The notes beneath the pieces were generated by a model. The model searched no databases. It had not been told where the DNA came from and saw nothing but the letters and a program-made list of their open reading frames with translations. 54,200 nt of DNA, from NCBI GenBank assembly GCA_002269645.1, contig NIVC01001721.1, forward strand, positions 1-54,200. The letters run 5' to 3'. Of this stretch, positions 1-12,990 are shown one piece after another (position 1 is the stretch's first letter; each line of letters begins with the position of its first letter). Source of the stretch: Macrostomum lignano. Lineage: Eukaryota. The translations under genes were made by a program, and so were the position numbers.

Positions 1-72
1 TCAGTTGGTTAAATCTCAGATATGCAGAAATACCAATCCGAGACACGTAACTCAACATTTTCAACCGAAATC

Positions 73-862
73 ATGCCTCTCTGGTTGATATTGGCTCTGG
101 GCACCTCTGCTGCTGCAGTTGAGCAAGAGAGCGGGGCCGCAACTGTTGTGGATGTCCTGTCCACGAGCCCCGGAAGCGGCCCAGGTGCTGCTGCAAACTT
201 ATTCACGGTATCTGAAGGGTCTGACGCACCTCTGGTGCTGGCGAATTGCCGCAGCTGCCGCCAAGCTCAGAGTACGAACTGCTGCCCAGCTTTGGAGCTG
301 GCGGTATTGATGACGCATTTGAAGTAGATAATTCAATTAACTCTCAGAGGCTGATTCTCAAGAAGAGTCTCGACCGCGAGGCAGTCTGCTCACTATCCAG
401 CGAGCAATGCAGCCATTGCATTCTGCACCTGAACTTGGTGGCGAGCTCTTGTATCACTAGGGAGCCACTTCATCTGCTGACTGTCCGAGTGCGACTCATC
501 GACGCGAATGACAACCGGCCGAGTTTTCCAGCGGTGCCGGGCCGCCTCGAGCTGCAGTTTATTGAGTCCGATCCGCCCGGCAGTCGACGCCCGCTGCCAC
601 AGGCCAGCGACCCGGACTGCGGAGAGTTCGGTCGAGTCTCACACTCGCTGCTGCTCCTCCGATATCGAATGCAGCTGAGAATGGAGCGCCATTCAAGCTA
701 CAGAAAGAGTCGGAGTCGCTGTTCCTAACGCTGACTCGTAAGCTGGACAGGGAGCTGCAAAGTTTCTACGATGGCCTGACGTTGCTGGCAGTTGATGGCG
801 GTGGGCTGGAAGCGAGACTGCATCTCGTCGTGCGTGTCATCGATGAGAATGACTGCGCCCCC
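73..862 (+). CDS. Protocadherin exon 1 (signal peptide, EC1-EC2); two apparent 1-nt frameshifts near 243 and 660
   Basis: MPLWLILALGTSAAA signal-like start at 73 (upstream in-frame ATG at 22). Cadherin motifs LDRE..C..C..C, LIDANDNRP, ASDPDCG, LDRE, VIDENDCAP are read across three successive frames. Donor gtaagt at 863. Confidence 0.85.
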
Positions 863-950
863 GTAAGTGAATCGGTATCTTTATATATAGCATGTACTGC
901 TTCAGCTACACGCAAAATGTAAGTCACAATACAAATAAACATCCACAAAG

Positions 951-1222
951 GCATTCGATCGAGCGGCCTATTCGCTATCCATTGTCGAGAACTCACCAAC
1001 TGGCTCGTTGCTGCCGCTGCGCCTGTCAGCTCTGGACTGCGATGCGGGCGCCGCAGGTCGAGTGCGCTACCAGCTGGCGCCAGGCACCCAGCCAATGGTG
1101 CGAAGCCTCGTGGCTGTTGAAGCGGACAGCGGCTGGCTTCGTCTGGTTGGGCACCTCGATCGGGAGTCAGTCCCGGAGTTGGGCTTCAGTGTCAGAGCAT
1201 TGGACGGTGGAGACCCTGTCAG
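951..1222 (+). CDS. Protocadherin exon 2 (EC3)
   Basis: Acceptor cacaaag at 950, phase 0. Reads AFDRAAYSLSIVENSP..ALDCDAGAAGRVRY..HLDRE..ALDGGDP. Donor gtattg at 1223, phase 2. Confidence 0.88.
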
Positions 1223-1308
1223 GTATTGCAGTGTAGAACCACCGAAGTTAAAGTTAAATAATCTTTTTGATATAAATATCATTATCCAACATCACACAAA
1301 ATTAATAG

Positions 1309-2023
1309 ATCCGCCACTGCTCAAGTGCACCTTCGAGTTCTAGACATGAACGACAACGCGCCACGATTGGAACTTCTCGGCATGGCATCGCATCTGGCTT
1401 CGCCAAGCGTCAGTGAGAATCGGTTTCCTGGGGCTGTGGCCGCCGTTTTGAGCGTCCGGGACGAAGATGCTGGGCGAATGGCACAGTCACTTGCCACCTG
1501 CTGGCGTCCTCTTCGTCGCGGATGTTCAGACTACAGAGTTTTCAACCGGCTGCTGCAGCTTCTGACAGTGGCTGCACTCGATCGGGAATTATCGGACTCG
1601 CATCCCGCAACCATTCGCTGCGTGGATGGTGGCGGATTGAAAAGCGAGGCAAGCTTCGCTGTCCAAGTGCTGGATGAAAATGACAATGCCCCAGTGTTCA
1701 ACGCAATCGGCTTGTCGTCTCCAAACGGAACAATTTTGCTACGTCAGACTGAGACGCCTTCAACCAACTTATCAGCCATGGACGCAGCGGTGTTGGCAAA
1801 CCTCAGCGCCACGGACGCCGACATGGGTGACAACGACAGAGTGGACTATCGCCTGTTGGACGGAGCCGAGGACGGCGACTTCACCATCGATACTGTCACT
1901 GGTCTGCTCAGGGCGACGAAGCCGCTGGACCGAGAGCGCCGATCGAGAGCGCGACTTCGAGTGGTTGCGAGCGATCAAGGTCGGCCAGGACGACTGTCGA
2001 CGACCGCCACTGTGGAGCTGGAG
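1309..2023 (+). CDS. Protocadherin exon 3 (end of EC3, EC4, EC5)
   Basis: Acceptor taatag at 1308 gives RSATAQVHLRVLDMNDNAP; then LDENDNAP, ATDADMGDN, LDRE. Donor at 2024 preferred over 2030 because it restores V-x-L-x-I-x-D-x-N-D with the next exon. A short internal segment (about 1474-1545) fits the cadherin consensus better in a shifted frame (DAGANGTVTC). Confidence 0.85.
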
Positions 2024-2744
2024 GTGCAGGTTCTTTTAAATTTTGCGTGTACTCAAAATATCCTTCGATCTTCGGGCCTTGGAATAGTAGGCTTACTAGG
2101 TAAAAGGGGGAAGTCGAAAACCACATCCGGAGCGTAAACATGGCTTTATTAGCGCATTTGGGTTTTTGTGGCAGGGAGCTGTTTATTAAATATCAATGAG
2201 AATGCATCAATTGATCGAGAAATGAAGTAAGGATAGGCGGAGAAATGCGTTACTTTGCTCGACCGGAGTATGAGAGCACCGAATCACCAGTGAGAAGCAT
2301 CAGTGTCGAGAAAATAATGAATAAATCTAGCCTATAGGCTAAGAGATACGAGCGTACTTTAGCAACAAAGGGGGTCAGCGTAGAGTCAGTGAGGAAGGCC
2401 AGGGGCGCTGTGGGGGAGGTTAAGCACGAAAAGAGGGGGATGGGTTAGCAACGCAAAAGGAATGGAGGAGTGGAGTGAGAACGAGAGGCTAAAGATGGAC
2501 GAGGTGAGGACCAATCAGAGTGAAGAGAGGGTGAGAAAGAGAAGGCTAGACTGAATTGCACGAGAGAGTAGAAAACGAAGAGTGCAAGGTGAACTGAAGC
2601 AGTGAAGGAAGGCAGGAGTCGCTACAATCAGAAACAAGTTTTTAATGCTAATTACCGTCAAAGACACGAGAAATGAGACGAGTGAGTGGCAAATCATTTC
2701 GAATCGCACCAACTATTGAACTCCATCTGTTTATTTCCACACAG

Positions 2745-3199
2745 ATTGTGGACATCAACGACGTGGCGCCGCAGATGCCAAGAACGCTGGAGTTCGTTGT
2801 CGCCGAAAACTCCGCTCCGGGACTGGCAGTCGGCCAAGTGCCATGGACAGACCCGGACGAGGGACCCGGCGGCGAGGTTCAATTTGCTCTTGCCGACGAG
2901 CCGAGCTCGAACGTCGGAGATGGTGCTGCTCAGAGTTTCCAAGTTTCTATGGAAGGCGTGGTGCGAACCAGCCGCAGCTTGGACCGCGAGGCCCGAGCCG
3001 ATTACGCTTTCTGGCTTGTTGCAACCGACAAAGGTCTGCCGACCCGTCTTAGTTCCAGTGCTGCAGTCTTTGTTAGAGTGCTAGATGTCAACGACTGCTC
3101 GCCGGTGTTTCAATTTCCCAGACCCAGTGCCGGCCATGGAAGTCACGCGGTTGCTGTTGGCGATGCGCCGGGCCACATCATTTTGCAGGCGGCTGCCAG
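2745..3199 (+). CDS. Protocadherin exon 4 (EC6, start of EC7)
   Basis: Acceptor ttccacacag at 2744. Reads IVDINDVAP..VAENS..TDPDEGPGG..LDRE..ATDKG..VLDVNDCSP. Donor gtgcga at 3200, phase 2. Confidence 0.9.
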
Positions 3200-3294
3200 G
3201 TGCGATCCGTTAGCATTGCTTGAATTCAGAGCTGGTAATACAAGCTAACTATTGGAGTTTTTCACCTGCACCCTCGAGGTCTGATCACTTGAAT

Positions 3295-3536
3295 GACTGT
3301 CACTGTATTCTTGAAGGACTGTCACTGTGTTCTTAAATGACTGTCACTGTATTCTTGAATGACTGTCACTGTATTCTTGAAGGACTGTCACTGTGTTCTT
3401 GAAGGACTGTCACTGTATTCTTGAATGACTGTCACTGTATTCTTGAAGGACTGTCACTGTGTTCTTGAAGGACTGTCACTGTATTCTTGAATGACTGTCA
3501 CTGTATTCTTGAAGGACTGTCACTGTAGTCTTGAAG
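3295..3536. repeat. 22-bp minisatellite (GACTGTCACTGTATTCTTGAAG, about 11 copies) in protocadherin intron 4
   Basis: Directly visible tandem units. Confidence 0.95.
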
Positions 3537-3788
3537 GAATATCCACTAAAACAGACTTTCCTTCTTCTGCACTTTTGCAATTAATTCTGTTCTTAACATT
3601 TTTCGCTTGCTGCAGCTCTGACTGAAGCCTTGAGTTTTGGTAATGAAAATAATATTGGACCTTGAACAAATCAAGGAGCCAAGAAACACATAGTTATGTA
3701 AAGAAGAAAGAGGCTGAATCATATCCATATTTTCCCTGCACAAACTTTCGCTTCAACCTTGCTCAAATTCGCTTTTGACACAAAAAAG

Positions 3789-4249
3789 CGACGCCGATGA
3801 AGCTGAGAACGGCCGCGTAGAGTTTTGGCTCGACGAAGCCGCCAGCAGTCGCGGCGTCGGGCTTAACTTCCGCTTCGAGCGTCGCAGCGGCCTGCTGCGT
3901 CTGCGCCGACGTCCGACGAGACTCGGACAGCGCTGGCGACTCCGCCTGGTTGCCACCGACTGCGGCCGGCCACCGCTGACTGCGTCCGTCGATGTCGAAA
4001 TTCAGTCAGTCGGTCGCTCTAGAAGAAATCGGCCTTCTGCGTCCGCGGCGACAGCTTCGGCTGCGGCGCTGACCGGCCGGACGCTCGGCTGGGCTGCCGT
4101 CGGACTCATCGCATGCGCGACCTCGCTGCTAGCGGCCACGGTGGCTTTGGTTCTGCTGCGCTTGCCCTGTAGGCGTCAACTGCTTGGAAGACGAGAACCG
4201 GCCGCTGGAGCTGCCGCGGTGGCATCGAAGACGTCAACGATATCGGAAG
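3789..4249 (+). CDS. Protocadherin exon 5 (end of EC7, transmembrane helix, juxtamembrane region)
   Basis: Phase-2 acceptor aaaag at 3788 gives ASDADEAENGRV..ATDCGRP. Hydrophobic LGWAAVGLIACATSLLAATVALVLL is followed by basic RLPCRR. Candidate donor gtgcgc at 4250; otherwise the frame stops at 4296. Confidence 0.85.
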
Positions 4250-5534
4250 GTGCGCGCTTGCTGAATAATGATTCATTAATGGCCTGTTTATTATAATCGA
4301 GGATCTGACAGTCCTGACAGAAGTTTTGAAAGCACGCAATTTTAACATTATTGAGCTAGTGGAAATCCTTCTACCGAAGAAATGTACACCCTTTCAGCCA
4401 GACTGAGCTACCAGTCGTCCAGTCCAGCCCCAGCGACAGTCACCCTGATGGCCTGATGGCTCTCTGGAATACTCGTAATTGAGAATTATGGCTAATGCTT
4501 CCGCGTACTGTTCCATGGACATGGCTGTTCCATGGACAGCTAAAGTAGGTTTTCTTAGAAACGAGCTGGAGACCGTAAAGGAACGCATGTTTGTCGTATG
4601 AGAGAGAGAGAGAGATCCGTTTGCCTCGACCGAAATTTGCTTATGGCTATAGAGCCCACTAAATGCTCCAGCGACACTAAAAATACACGCTGTTCTTTGC
4701 CCACCTCCGGCTCATTTCGGCGTCTATTCGCTGTTTTTTAGAACAGTCTTCTCTGTACACAAGGTTTAGATGCCTCGTATTAATGAAATTTTTATTAAAG
4801 CTAAATCGGCTATGCAATTTGCACTACTAACAGTAGACGTCTGCAGAAAGCAAAGCTGGGGTTATCTAGGGGTTATCTAGAGTGCCCTATGTTTTATTGA
4901 ATGCCAGTTTTAACTCCTCAAGTCAAAACAGGAATCCGAAGCTGAGACTGGAAGCTTGCGCTGTCCAACCGGCCTGTCCTAGCTCTCACATAAATACATT
5001 GCCGAGACCCCATTGTGGGTGGCCATGTCCAAAATACTATCGCAGTACGTTGTGTTTGACTCATTTTGCAAGCGGTTTTTCAAACTGAATAAGCTCAATA
5101 AGCTTAACAGAGAAGCTCAAGCTGTTGCTATTCAGAAACCAGCTTCACTTTTTGACTCATTGTAAAAGTATGCTTGGATGACTGTATGTGAACTGTATGA
5201 ATACGGACTGAGAATGAGAAAATCTGCTAGCATGCTCGTATGCACCCGTGCACCGGCTTTGCAGTCTACTTGTACCTGCAGCAAGTGCTTAGGTGAGAGC
5301 GTTATCACCATCAGTCCATAGTATTAATTAACTGGCTGGGTTAAGACTGCTGCAATTAATCAGTCCTTTGTGCCTGCAGGCGTACAGCTCTGGGCGTAAA
5401 ACTAATATGATTACGGGGGGGGGACAGACTGCTTTATGAAAATTGAAACTCAAAGTAGACTAGAAACGCAGCACGCGCATTTCTAATTAATTAAACAGCC
5501 GACACTAAGCGCTGCTTGTTAAAAAAGCACGACT

Positions 5535-5932
5535 TGCGTCAGTGATGCTTGATCAGTCTCGGTGAGGCACACTATGTGTGTTTGCGTCAGTGATGCTTGA
5601 TCAGTCTCGGTGACGCACACTGTGTGTGTTTGCGTCAGTGATGCTTGATCAGTCTCGGTGACGCACACTATGTGTGTTTGCGTCAGTGATGCTTGATCAG
5701 TCTCGGTGACGCACACTGTGTGTGTTTGCGTCAGTGATGCTTGATCAGTCTCGGTGACGCACACTATGTGTGTTTGCGTCAGTGATGCTTGATCAGTCTC
5801 GGTGACGCACACTGTGTGTGTTTGCGTCAGTGATGCTTGATCAGTCTCGGTGACGCACACTGTGTGTGTTTGCGTCAGTGATGCTTGATCAGTCTCGGTG
5901 ACGCACACTGTGTGTGTTTGCGTCAGTGATGC
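5535..5932. repeat. 48-bp minisatellite, about 8 copies
   Basis: Unit TGCGTCAGTGATGCTTGATCAGTCTCGGTGACGCACACTGTGTGTGTT; it explains the 16-aa repeat ORF 5519..5908. Confidence 0.95.
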
Positions 5933-6389
5933 CTAACTATGCCGTCAGAGATGTTTAGTTTGTGTTAGTGACGCTTAATCTGTCAACGACACGGTAATGA
6001 TTGAATCCTGTGTTTTGTGCCGTGGAATCTATATGTAAATTCGAAGTGGTTACAATTTACCAATATTAAAATATATTGAAAAACTCTCACCTCGCTACCT
6101 AGCAGCCTGCTAAAACTTAAGAAACTTTGCTTTATTGCCGGTCTCTGGTAGCATTCCATGAAGAAACGGCTTGATCTAAACCTGTGAGTACAACTTTGCA
6201 GAAAACTTTACAGAAAAGTTTCAGCGTCAGTGTAATAATTGGAATTTCATGCTTGGTTCAACTAACCGAAACTTCTCATCGGAACTATGGATGGCCACTC
6301 AGGTACAGAAATATACAGTTACGGGAACTCTTAACTGGAAAATTCCATATTTCATCTTCTTTTCTTCTTTTCTATATTCGGAGAACCAG

Positions 6390-6520
6390 AAATGCCGGCT
6401 GCTCCGCCGCTCCCATCTCCATTTCTTCCGTTCGCTCCATCCGCACACCCCCAGGAAGCAGAGCGGCCCAGGCCAGCATCCGCGGGAATCCGAGAAGAGG
6501 TTCTGAGAAATAGTAATTAG
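6390..6520 (+). CDS. Candidate terminal cytoplasmic-tail exon of the protocadherin
   Basis: Pyrimidine tract at 6352-6375, then ccag. Phase 1 matches the 4250 donor. GC-rich open frame EMPAAPPLPSPFLPF..EVLRNSN* with stop at 6518-6520. No conserved motif recognised. Confidence 0.3.
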
Positions 6521-7875
6521 TCTACCGTCCGAACCTCTAGCGAGTCTGCAGCCGCCGCATAATCATTGCTGAGCAGTGCTCATTCACGGATTCTCAATTT
6601 CCTGCCAAACTAGCTGGGACTATAGAATTTCAGTTTCTCTCACCTGTATAAAGGTTTCTTGGGATATCCACAGTTGCTGGGCAAACCAGGCGGGCTGCGG
6701 GTACTTCTAAGAAAATTACACGATTTGAACGCTGCCGAGTCTGCTTATTTAGTGAGCAGTGTTCAAGGATTTGCGTAACATTAATTAAATTTTATAAATC
6801 TGTAGATCTTCGGAGCCAGTTGATTCCACACTGGCTGCATATTAGCTCCTGTCTAGCAGTAAAGGACATGCAGGCTGCCCGGCCGATAATGGACACGAAT
6901 GCTTTGCAGTCCTGTGCTCCCATCCGCATCTGTTGCTACTTGAATTCCTGTTTGGCCGGTTCCTCAAGCTCAAACTGCAGAAAGCGATGGCAAATCCTGT
7001 CCCTAATAGCGGACTAATCGCGCCTGAGCCTCTGCTTCCCTTGGATCTACTTAATGCATCGATTCTTGTGGAGAAGGCGTGTCTGTTTTAATGGAAAGTG
7101 CTCACACTTAGTAATGCAGAATGACATCTGACGTTTAGCTCGCATTTATGTATTGTATATACATGTACGCTTGATTAGTGTGTTGAATTTCTTGAATGAA
7201 AAATGCATTTCAATAGAGACAGATGTGTGAGTAAATGGCATGCTTGCGCACACAGGCTGCATGGAAGATTGAGAAGGTTGTCGATTGTCAATGGGTCAAT
7301 TTTCACGTAGTAGTCGGCTTTTGCTGCAAATGCTTTGAAAAGATTTTCTTAGAAATATGAAGCCAGCGGCCAACAAGGAAGGTAAATTTGGAATATTTTA
7401 AGGAATGTCCCTGAGAAAGTGGTGCATGATCAATTATAGGGGTATCGCGGAAGGAGAGGGTTGGCTTGATACAGCGATGAATTTTGAGTGCGTGACTTGT
7501 CAAGATGTGGGACGCAGCAAGGAATCGGCTGCTTTGCAATTTTGGATGGAACTTCTAACAGTCGGTTCAATAATCATAACAGACAAGCAGTCGAAAATCT
7601 ATTCTTCAATGTACGGAAATGTGTTTGGTGCACATGCTGACGACTGCTTTACACCGCTTTCTGCTTGCCTGTCACTACTAATCGGTCATCTAGAATATGT
7701 TGTTGCAATGCTCTGCTTATTACGATCACAACGGTTGTATAATTTTATTAAATCCATTTCAGTTCAGCCCCAAAACCCCTCTGTGCGGTCCCATAGACTA
7801 AACAGCAATTTCCGGGGTTTATTTGGTTTAATCTCAGAAAAGAAACAAATTTAAGTGAGATGATACATGATTTTG

Positions 7876-8234
<359 letters not shown>

Positions 8235-9769
8235 ATGTAGATAAATAACTAAATCAACCCTTTGATTGTTCCAGTAGCGTCCTTAAATCCTGGTTATATA
8301 GTTGGGATATCTCCAGCATCAAATTGAAATACACGGCCCTGATGCAATTGCTGCCAGAATCGTCGGTATGCATCGCACGAGCCCCGTTGCACACACTTGT
8401 ATCTGGACTAGCTGATCTCCTTCCTTGCCCCTCAGCGCTGTAAAACAAGTATGAATACTATTCCTTTAAAATGTTCCAAGACAAAAACTCGGATTTCATT
8501 CACATTTCTTTGGAAGAAAAGTTTCCTAAATCGCGAAGAAAACTGGACCTACATGCGGACGGATACGCCGCTGCCGCAGGCTGGCTCTGCCCGGCAGGTG
8601 CGCTAATTTCACCGGAGGTTTCCAAGCCAGAAATCCAGACAGACACTCTGATTTTCATTTCATTTCTGCTTTTTTCTTTCTCTCAAGAGAGATGCATCTG
8701 CTGCGGAGGGGCTTCAGAATAGGGGGGGGGGGGCAGGACCGGGCCAGGGCCAGATCAAAGGCAAATTAAATTCTAACTGGGAGTCTGCAAATCTATCTTC
8801 TATCTAAATATACTAAATTCTAAATATACTAAATCTCTAATATTTGTATGTCCATAACGCTCTACAGATTGCAATTCTTCACCGATTTTCATCGCGTTTT
8901 CGCCAAAAGATTTGTGATCAGCCTGGGATTGTATGGTTAAAATTTCTTGTATCTGCTTCAATGCTAAGGGGATTAAATATTCGAAAAACATGTTTTTTTG
9001 TAAAGGTCAAGCAGCTCTTTCGACTTGAAGTGCACTATACGAATGCTAGAGAAAAAACTGGCTGGCTGAATTCTGATTCTGATAAAGATTGCATCACAAC
9101 AATTTGAAAACACTGTGCCAAGTTAAAAGGCAGAAATTGCGTAACCATATAGCAAACTTTAATTTAGACTGATACTGACTGCCTGCGTATTTAATTATGT
9201 CATAGCTGCTTCGTGTGACGTTCACTCGAACAGACTTTGTGTTAGTATTCGTGCATTCGTGTAGCGCTCTAGAGATCGAACCAATTGACCAATTTTAATT
9301 GCGTTTTTGCCAAAAGATTTATAATTATCTGGAAAGAAGACAGTTAAAATTTCTTGTAGCTGCTTCAATGTTAAAGGTATTAAATATTCGAAAAACAAGT
9401 TTTTCTAATGCTTTTAATAGAAGGCCAAGCAAGGTTGAATTCTTTACTGGCTGAATTCCAATTCTAATTATGATTGCGCCACAACTGCGTACTGCATTTT
9501 CTCGCTATAAACTGGCTCTGAGCTTTTTAGGTGGAGGCAGTGTGCCAAGCATTGCGCAGGCACTCTGGAGGGAGAGCGAAATCAGCCAGTGCATTTTAAA
9601 AGTATTGAAATAAAATAATGCTCAGTGGCTGCGTGTGTACATTCTTCTGACCTTGGCTGAACGGCTCTGCCGGCACCAAACCTGTGCACACTGAGCAGCC
9701 TATCACTGCTATGTATTTGACCGCAATGTCAAAGCATATATGGCTGATTTTTGCGCCCTCCCATCAGTA

Positions 9770-9845
9770 GGCGGAATAGCCGCAGTGTAGGCACTAGGAT
9801 AGGTTTAGGTTAGGCGCAAGGTCCAAGGTTCGAGTCCGCCTCGCC
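9770..9845 (+). ncRNA. tRNA/SINE-head-like segment in unit 1
   Basis: TAGCCGCAGTG A-box-like, D-like stem GCC-GCAGTGTA-GGC, B box GGTTCGAGTCC at 9827-9837. The centre is replaced by TTAGG-like repeats. Confidence 0.35.
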
Positions 9846-10943
9846 GGCCGATAATTAAAATTAAATAAATTAGTTCATTTATAGCTTGCGCCTCAACTAA
9901 TTGAATTATTTTTGATTAATTAGTATGCCACACTCAATGAATGATTTTTGCTATTCAACACAAGTTGCTAAACAAACTTGATTTTGTCAATTTGAATTTG
10001 ATTTGATTTCAGCCAGTGCATTTGAAAATTTGATTTGTAAAAAAACTGCTTCGTGTATTATTGCTCCCGAATTGCAGACGATGCTACTAAATAGCTAAAC
10101 AGCTGAAGGTACTGCTAAATGCTGAGCTGCGCAAAAGACTGCCGATATGTATCGCAAAATTGATTAGTGAGCCGTACTAAATGCTGAGCAAAATATCAGA
10201 TTACTGAAAGAATCATTGCTGAGAAGACTCATTCATGCAGACTGCAATGGGAAAAATTGAAAAAAAACTGCTGGTATTCCTCCAGACTTATCAGTGTATA
10301 GCAGAGTAAGTTGTTGAGGGGATACGAGTAACTGCGGACTGCTGAGTGAATTATTGTAGCTTGCCGATGCTAATGAAAGTTGTAGACAGCAAGGTGGATA
10401 CTCGTACCTGCAGGCTGCTAAGAGTATGACTGCAGTCTGTTTGCGGGATTAGAAGTGATAGCTAATTTCAGGTTGTTGTGGGGATAACTGCCGATTTCTG
10501 AGGGGGGGGGGGTTAACTTCAAAATGTGAAGTTACTAAACTTCTAGAATAGTATAAGTCTTTTAGTAGAAGGTCGGCAGTTCGAGTCTACATTGAAGTAG
10601 CGAATTTATCTTTGTGACAATAATCATTGTTTCCTATGGGGATTCATGCACATTTTTAACATTTTATTTTGTATACTTTTGCTGGGGCTACGCTAAGCTT
10701 CAAAAGCAGCACTTATCTGCTGTAAGTGCTAATTTGCAAAGGGTATTGCTAATCTGGGTGAGCAGTGCTAATCGGGGAGAGCAGTGCTAATCTGACGCAT
10801 ATAATAAAATAATAAATATGTAAGGGAATTAAATTGAACCTGCAAGTTGCAGAAACATTTTAAATGGTTTCGATTATCCAGAAGTAATATGGCCATATGT
10901 AAAGATTAGTGCAATGTGCAAAACAGTACTGGTGAACGATGAC

Positions 10944-11758
10944 TAAACTGCTGGTGAAGCATTTCTAAACTGCATTGCTAAACTGCTGGTGAAGCATTTC
11001 TAAACTGCATTGCTAAACTGCTGGTGAAGCATTTCTAAACTGCATTGCTAAACTGCTGGTGAAGCATTTCTAAACTGCATTGTTAAACTGCTGGTGAAGC
11101 ATTTCTAAACTGCATTGCTAAACTGCATTGCTAAACTGCATTGCTAAACTGCATTGCTAAACTGCATTGCTAAACTGCTGGTGAAGCATTGCTAAACTGC
11201 ATTGCTAAACTGCTGGTGAAGCATTTCTAAACTGCATTGCTAAACTGCTGGTGAAGCATTTCTAAACTGCATTGCTAAACTGCTGGTGAAGCATTTCTAA
11301 ACTGCATTGCTAAACTGCATTGCTAAACTGCTGGTGAAGCATTTCTAAACTGCATTGCTAAACTGCATTGCTAAACTGCATTGCTAAACTGCATTGCTAA
11401 ACTGCTGGTGAAGCATTTCTAAACTGCATTGCTAAACTGCATTGCTAAACTGCATTGCTAAACTGCATTGCTAAACTGCATTGCTAAACTGCTGGTGAAG
11501 CATTTCTAAACTGCATTGCTAAACTGCATTGCTAAACTGCATTGCTAAACTGCATTGCTAAACTGCATTGCTAAACTGCATTGCTAAACTGCTGGTGAAG
11601 CATTTCTAAACTGCATTGCTAAACTGCATTGCTAAACTGCATTGCTAAACTGCATTGCTAAACTGCTGGTGAAGCATTTCTAAACTGCATTGCTAAACTG
11701 CTGGTGAAGCATTGCTAAACTATATTGCTAAACTGCTGGTGAACCATTGCTAAACTGC
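10944..11758. repeat. Mixed 13-bp (TAAACTGCATTGC) and 22-bp (TAAACTGCTGGTGAAGCATTTC) minisatellite in unit 1
   Basis: Directly visible. Confidence 0.95.
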
Positions 11759-12689
11759 AGAAAGCTATAGTGAAATATTGTTTTTTTATTAAAAACTTCT
11801 TCTAAAGAGAAGAAAACGCAAAGGCAAGAAAAAACAAACAAGAATCATCATGTCAATTATAAAAGAAGCGCCCTGTCGAAATTAAAGTCTCATTGGGAAT
11901 TGCTAAGACTGTTAAGACTGCTAAGACTATTGCTACGAGCATAATGCTGGTATGGCAAATTGCTGTGATATATCAATACTCATGGGAGGATTTATAAGAT
12001 CTCAAGGCACAAGGGGAATTGCTATAATTGTCATTCTGGGGAGAATTGCTTTGATTTCAAGGTTCATTTGTGAAATTGCAGAAATAAATTGTTGAAATGC
12101 AAGTGCCAAGATATCAAAAGGTATCAAAAGTCACTCAATTTTCAGGCTCATGGGGAAATTACTAACATTTCCAAAGCTCATTGGGGAATTGCTGAAATTC
12201 TGCTGCAGGTTAAGGGTTAGGCTTAGGGTTCAATTATAGAGCGATTGTCGTGTCAATCATTAATGATCCATCGAGGAATTGCTAAGATTAAATGCTCTTG
12301 GGGCGAATTACTTAAATGCTTTGGCTCTACGGGGAATTACTGACAGGTCAAGGCTTCCGGTGAAATTTAGATTTAAAAGCTTATGAGGAAGTTACTTTAA
12401 TGCTGAGGCTTAAGGCTCATTGTCGAAATTGCTAAAATGCCAAGATTTTCTTATGGGTTAGGGTTAGAGGCTTAGGGTCAGTTTTGGTTCAATCATACGA
12501 GCTAGATTAACCGCTGTCAACCATCAATTAAAGACTTGCTAAGATATCTAAGCTCATCGGGGAATAGCTGAGTTATCAAGGCTTATAAGGGGATTGCTGA
12601 GTTATCAAGGCTTATAAGGGGATTGCTGAATTCTTGGGAGAGGGGAGTTGGGTTGTTGGGATGTCAAGGCTAATTACTGCACTGGGAGA

Positions 12690-12990
12690 ATTGCATAGAT
12701 GTCGAGGCTGGAGTTTAATTGCTGCGATGTCGAGGCTTAATGGGGTTATTCCTGAGATGTCAAGGCTTACTGGGGAATTGCTGAGATGTTAAGGCTTACT
12801 GGGGAAGTGCTGAGATCTCAAGACTTACTGGGGGAACTGCTGATATGCCAAGGCTAACTGGGGGAATTGCTGAGATCTAAAGGCTTACTGGGATCTCAAG
12901 GCTTACTGGGGGAATTGCTGAGATCTCAAGGCTTACTGGGGGAATTACTGAGATCTCAAGGCTTACTGGGGGAATTGCTTAGATGTCAAC
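12690..12990. repeat. About 30-bp G-rich repeat (GCTTACTGGGGGAATTGCTGAGATCTCAAG) in the unit 1 3' region
   Basis: Visible tandem copies; related degenerate copies at about 34250-35280 in unit 5b. Confidence 0.8.

Noticed and set aside
236-665. Protocadherin frameshifts as programmed recoding
   Set aside because: No slippery heptamers; similar indels are scattered through several unrelated ORFs, which fits sequencing error better.
2024-2744. Purine-rich intron segment as a retroelement remnant
   Set aside because: No RT or endonuclease motif or terminal structure could be supported.
4505-4540. Duplicated near-palindrome CTGTTCCATGGACA
   Set aside because: Only two short copies with no context suggesting function.
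7405-7854. 149-aa ORF
   Set aside because: No recognisable motif, AT-rich, no supporting splice chain.
8254-8448. Possible minus-strand exon (TTTTACAG acceptor, open frame)
   Set aside because: No partner exons or motif could be identified.
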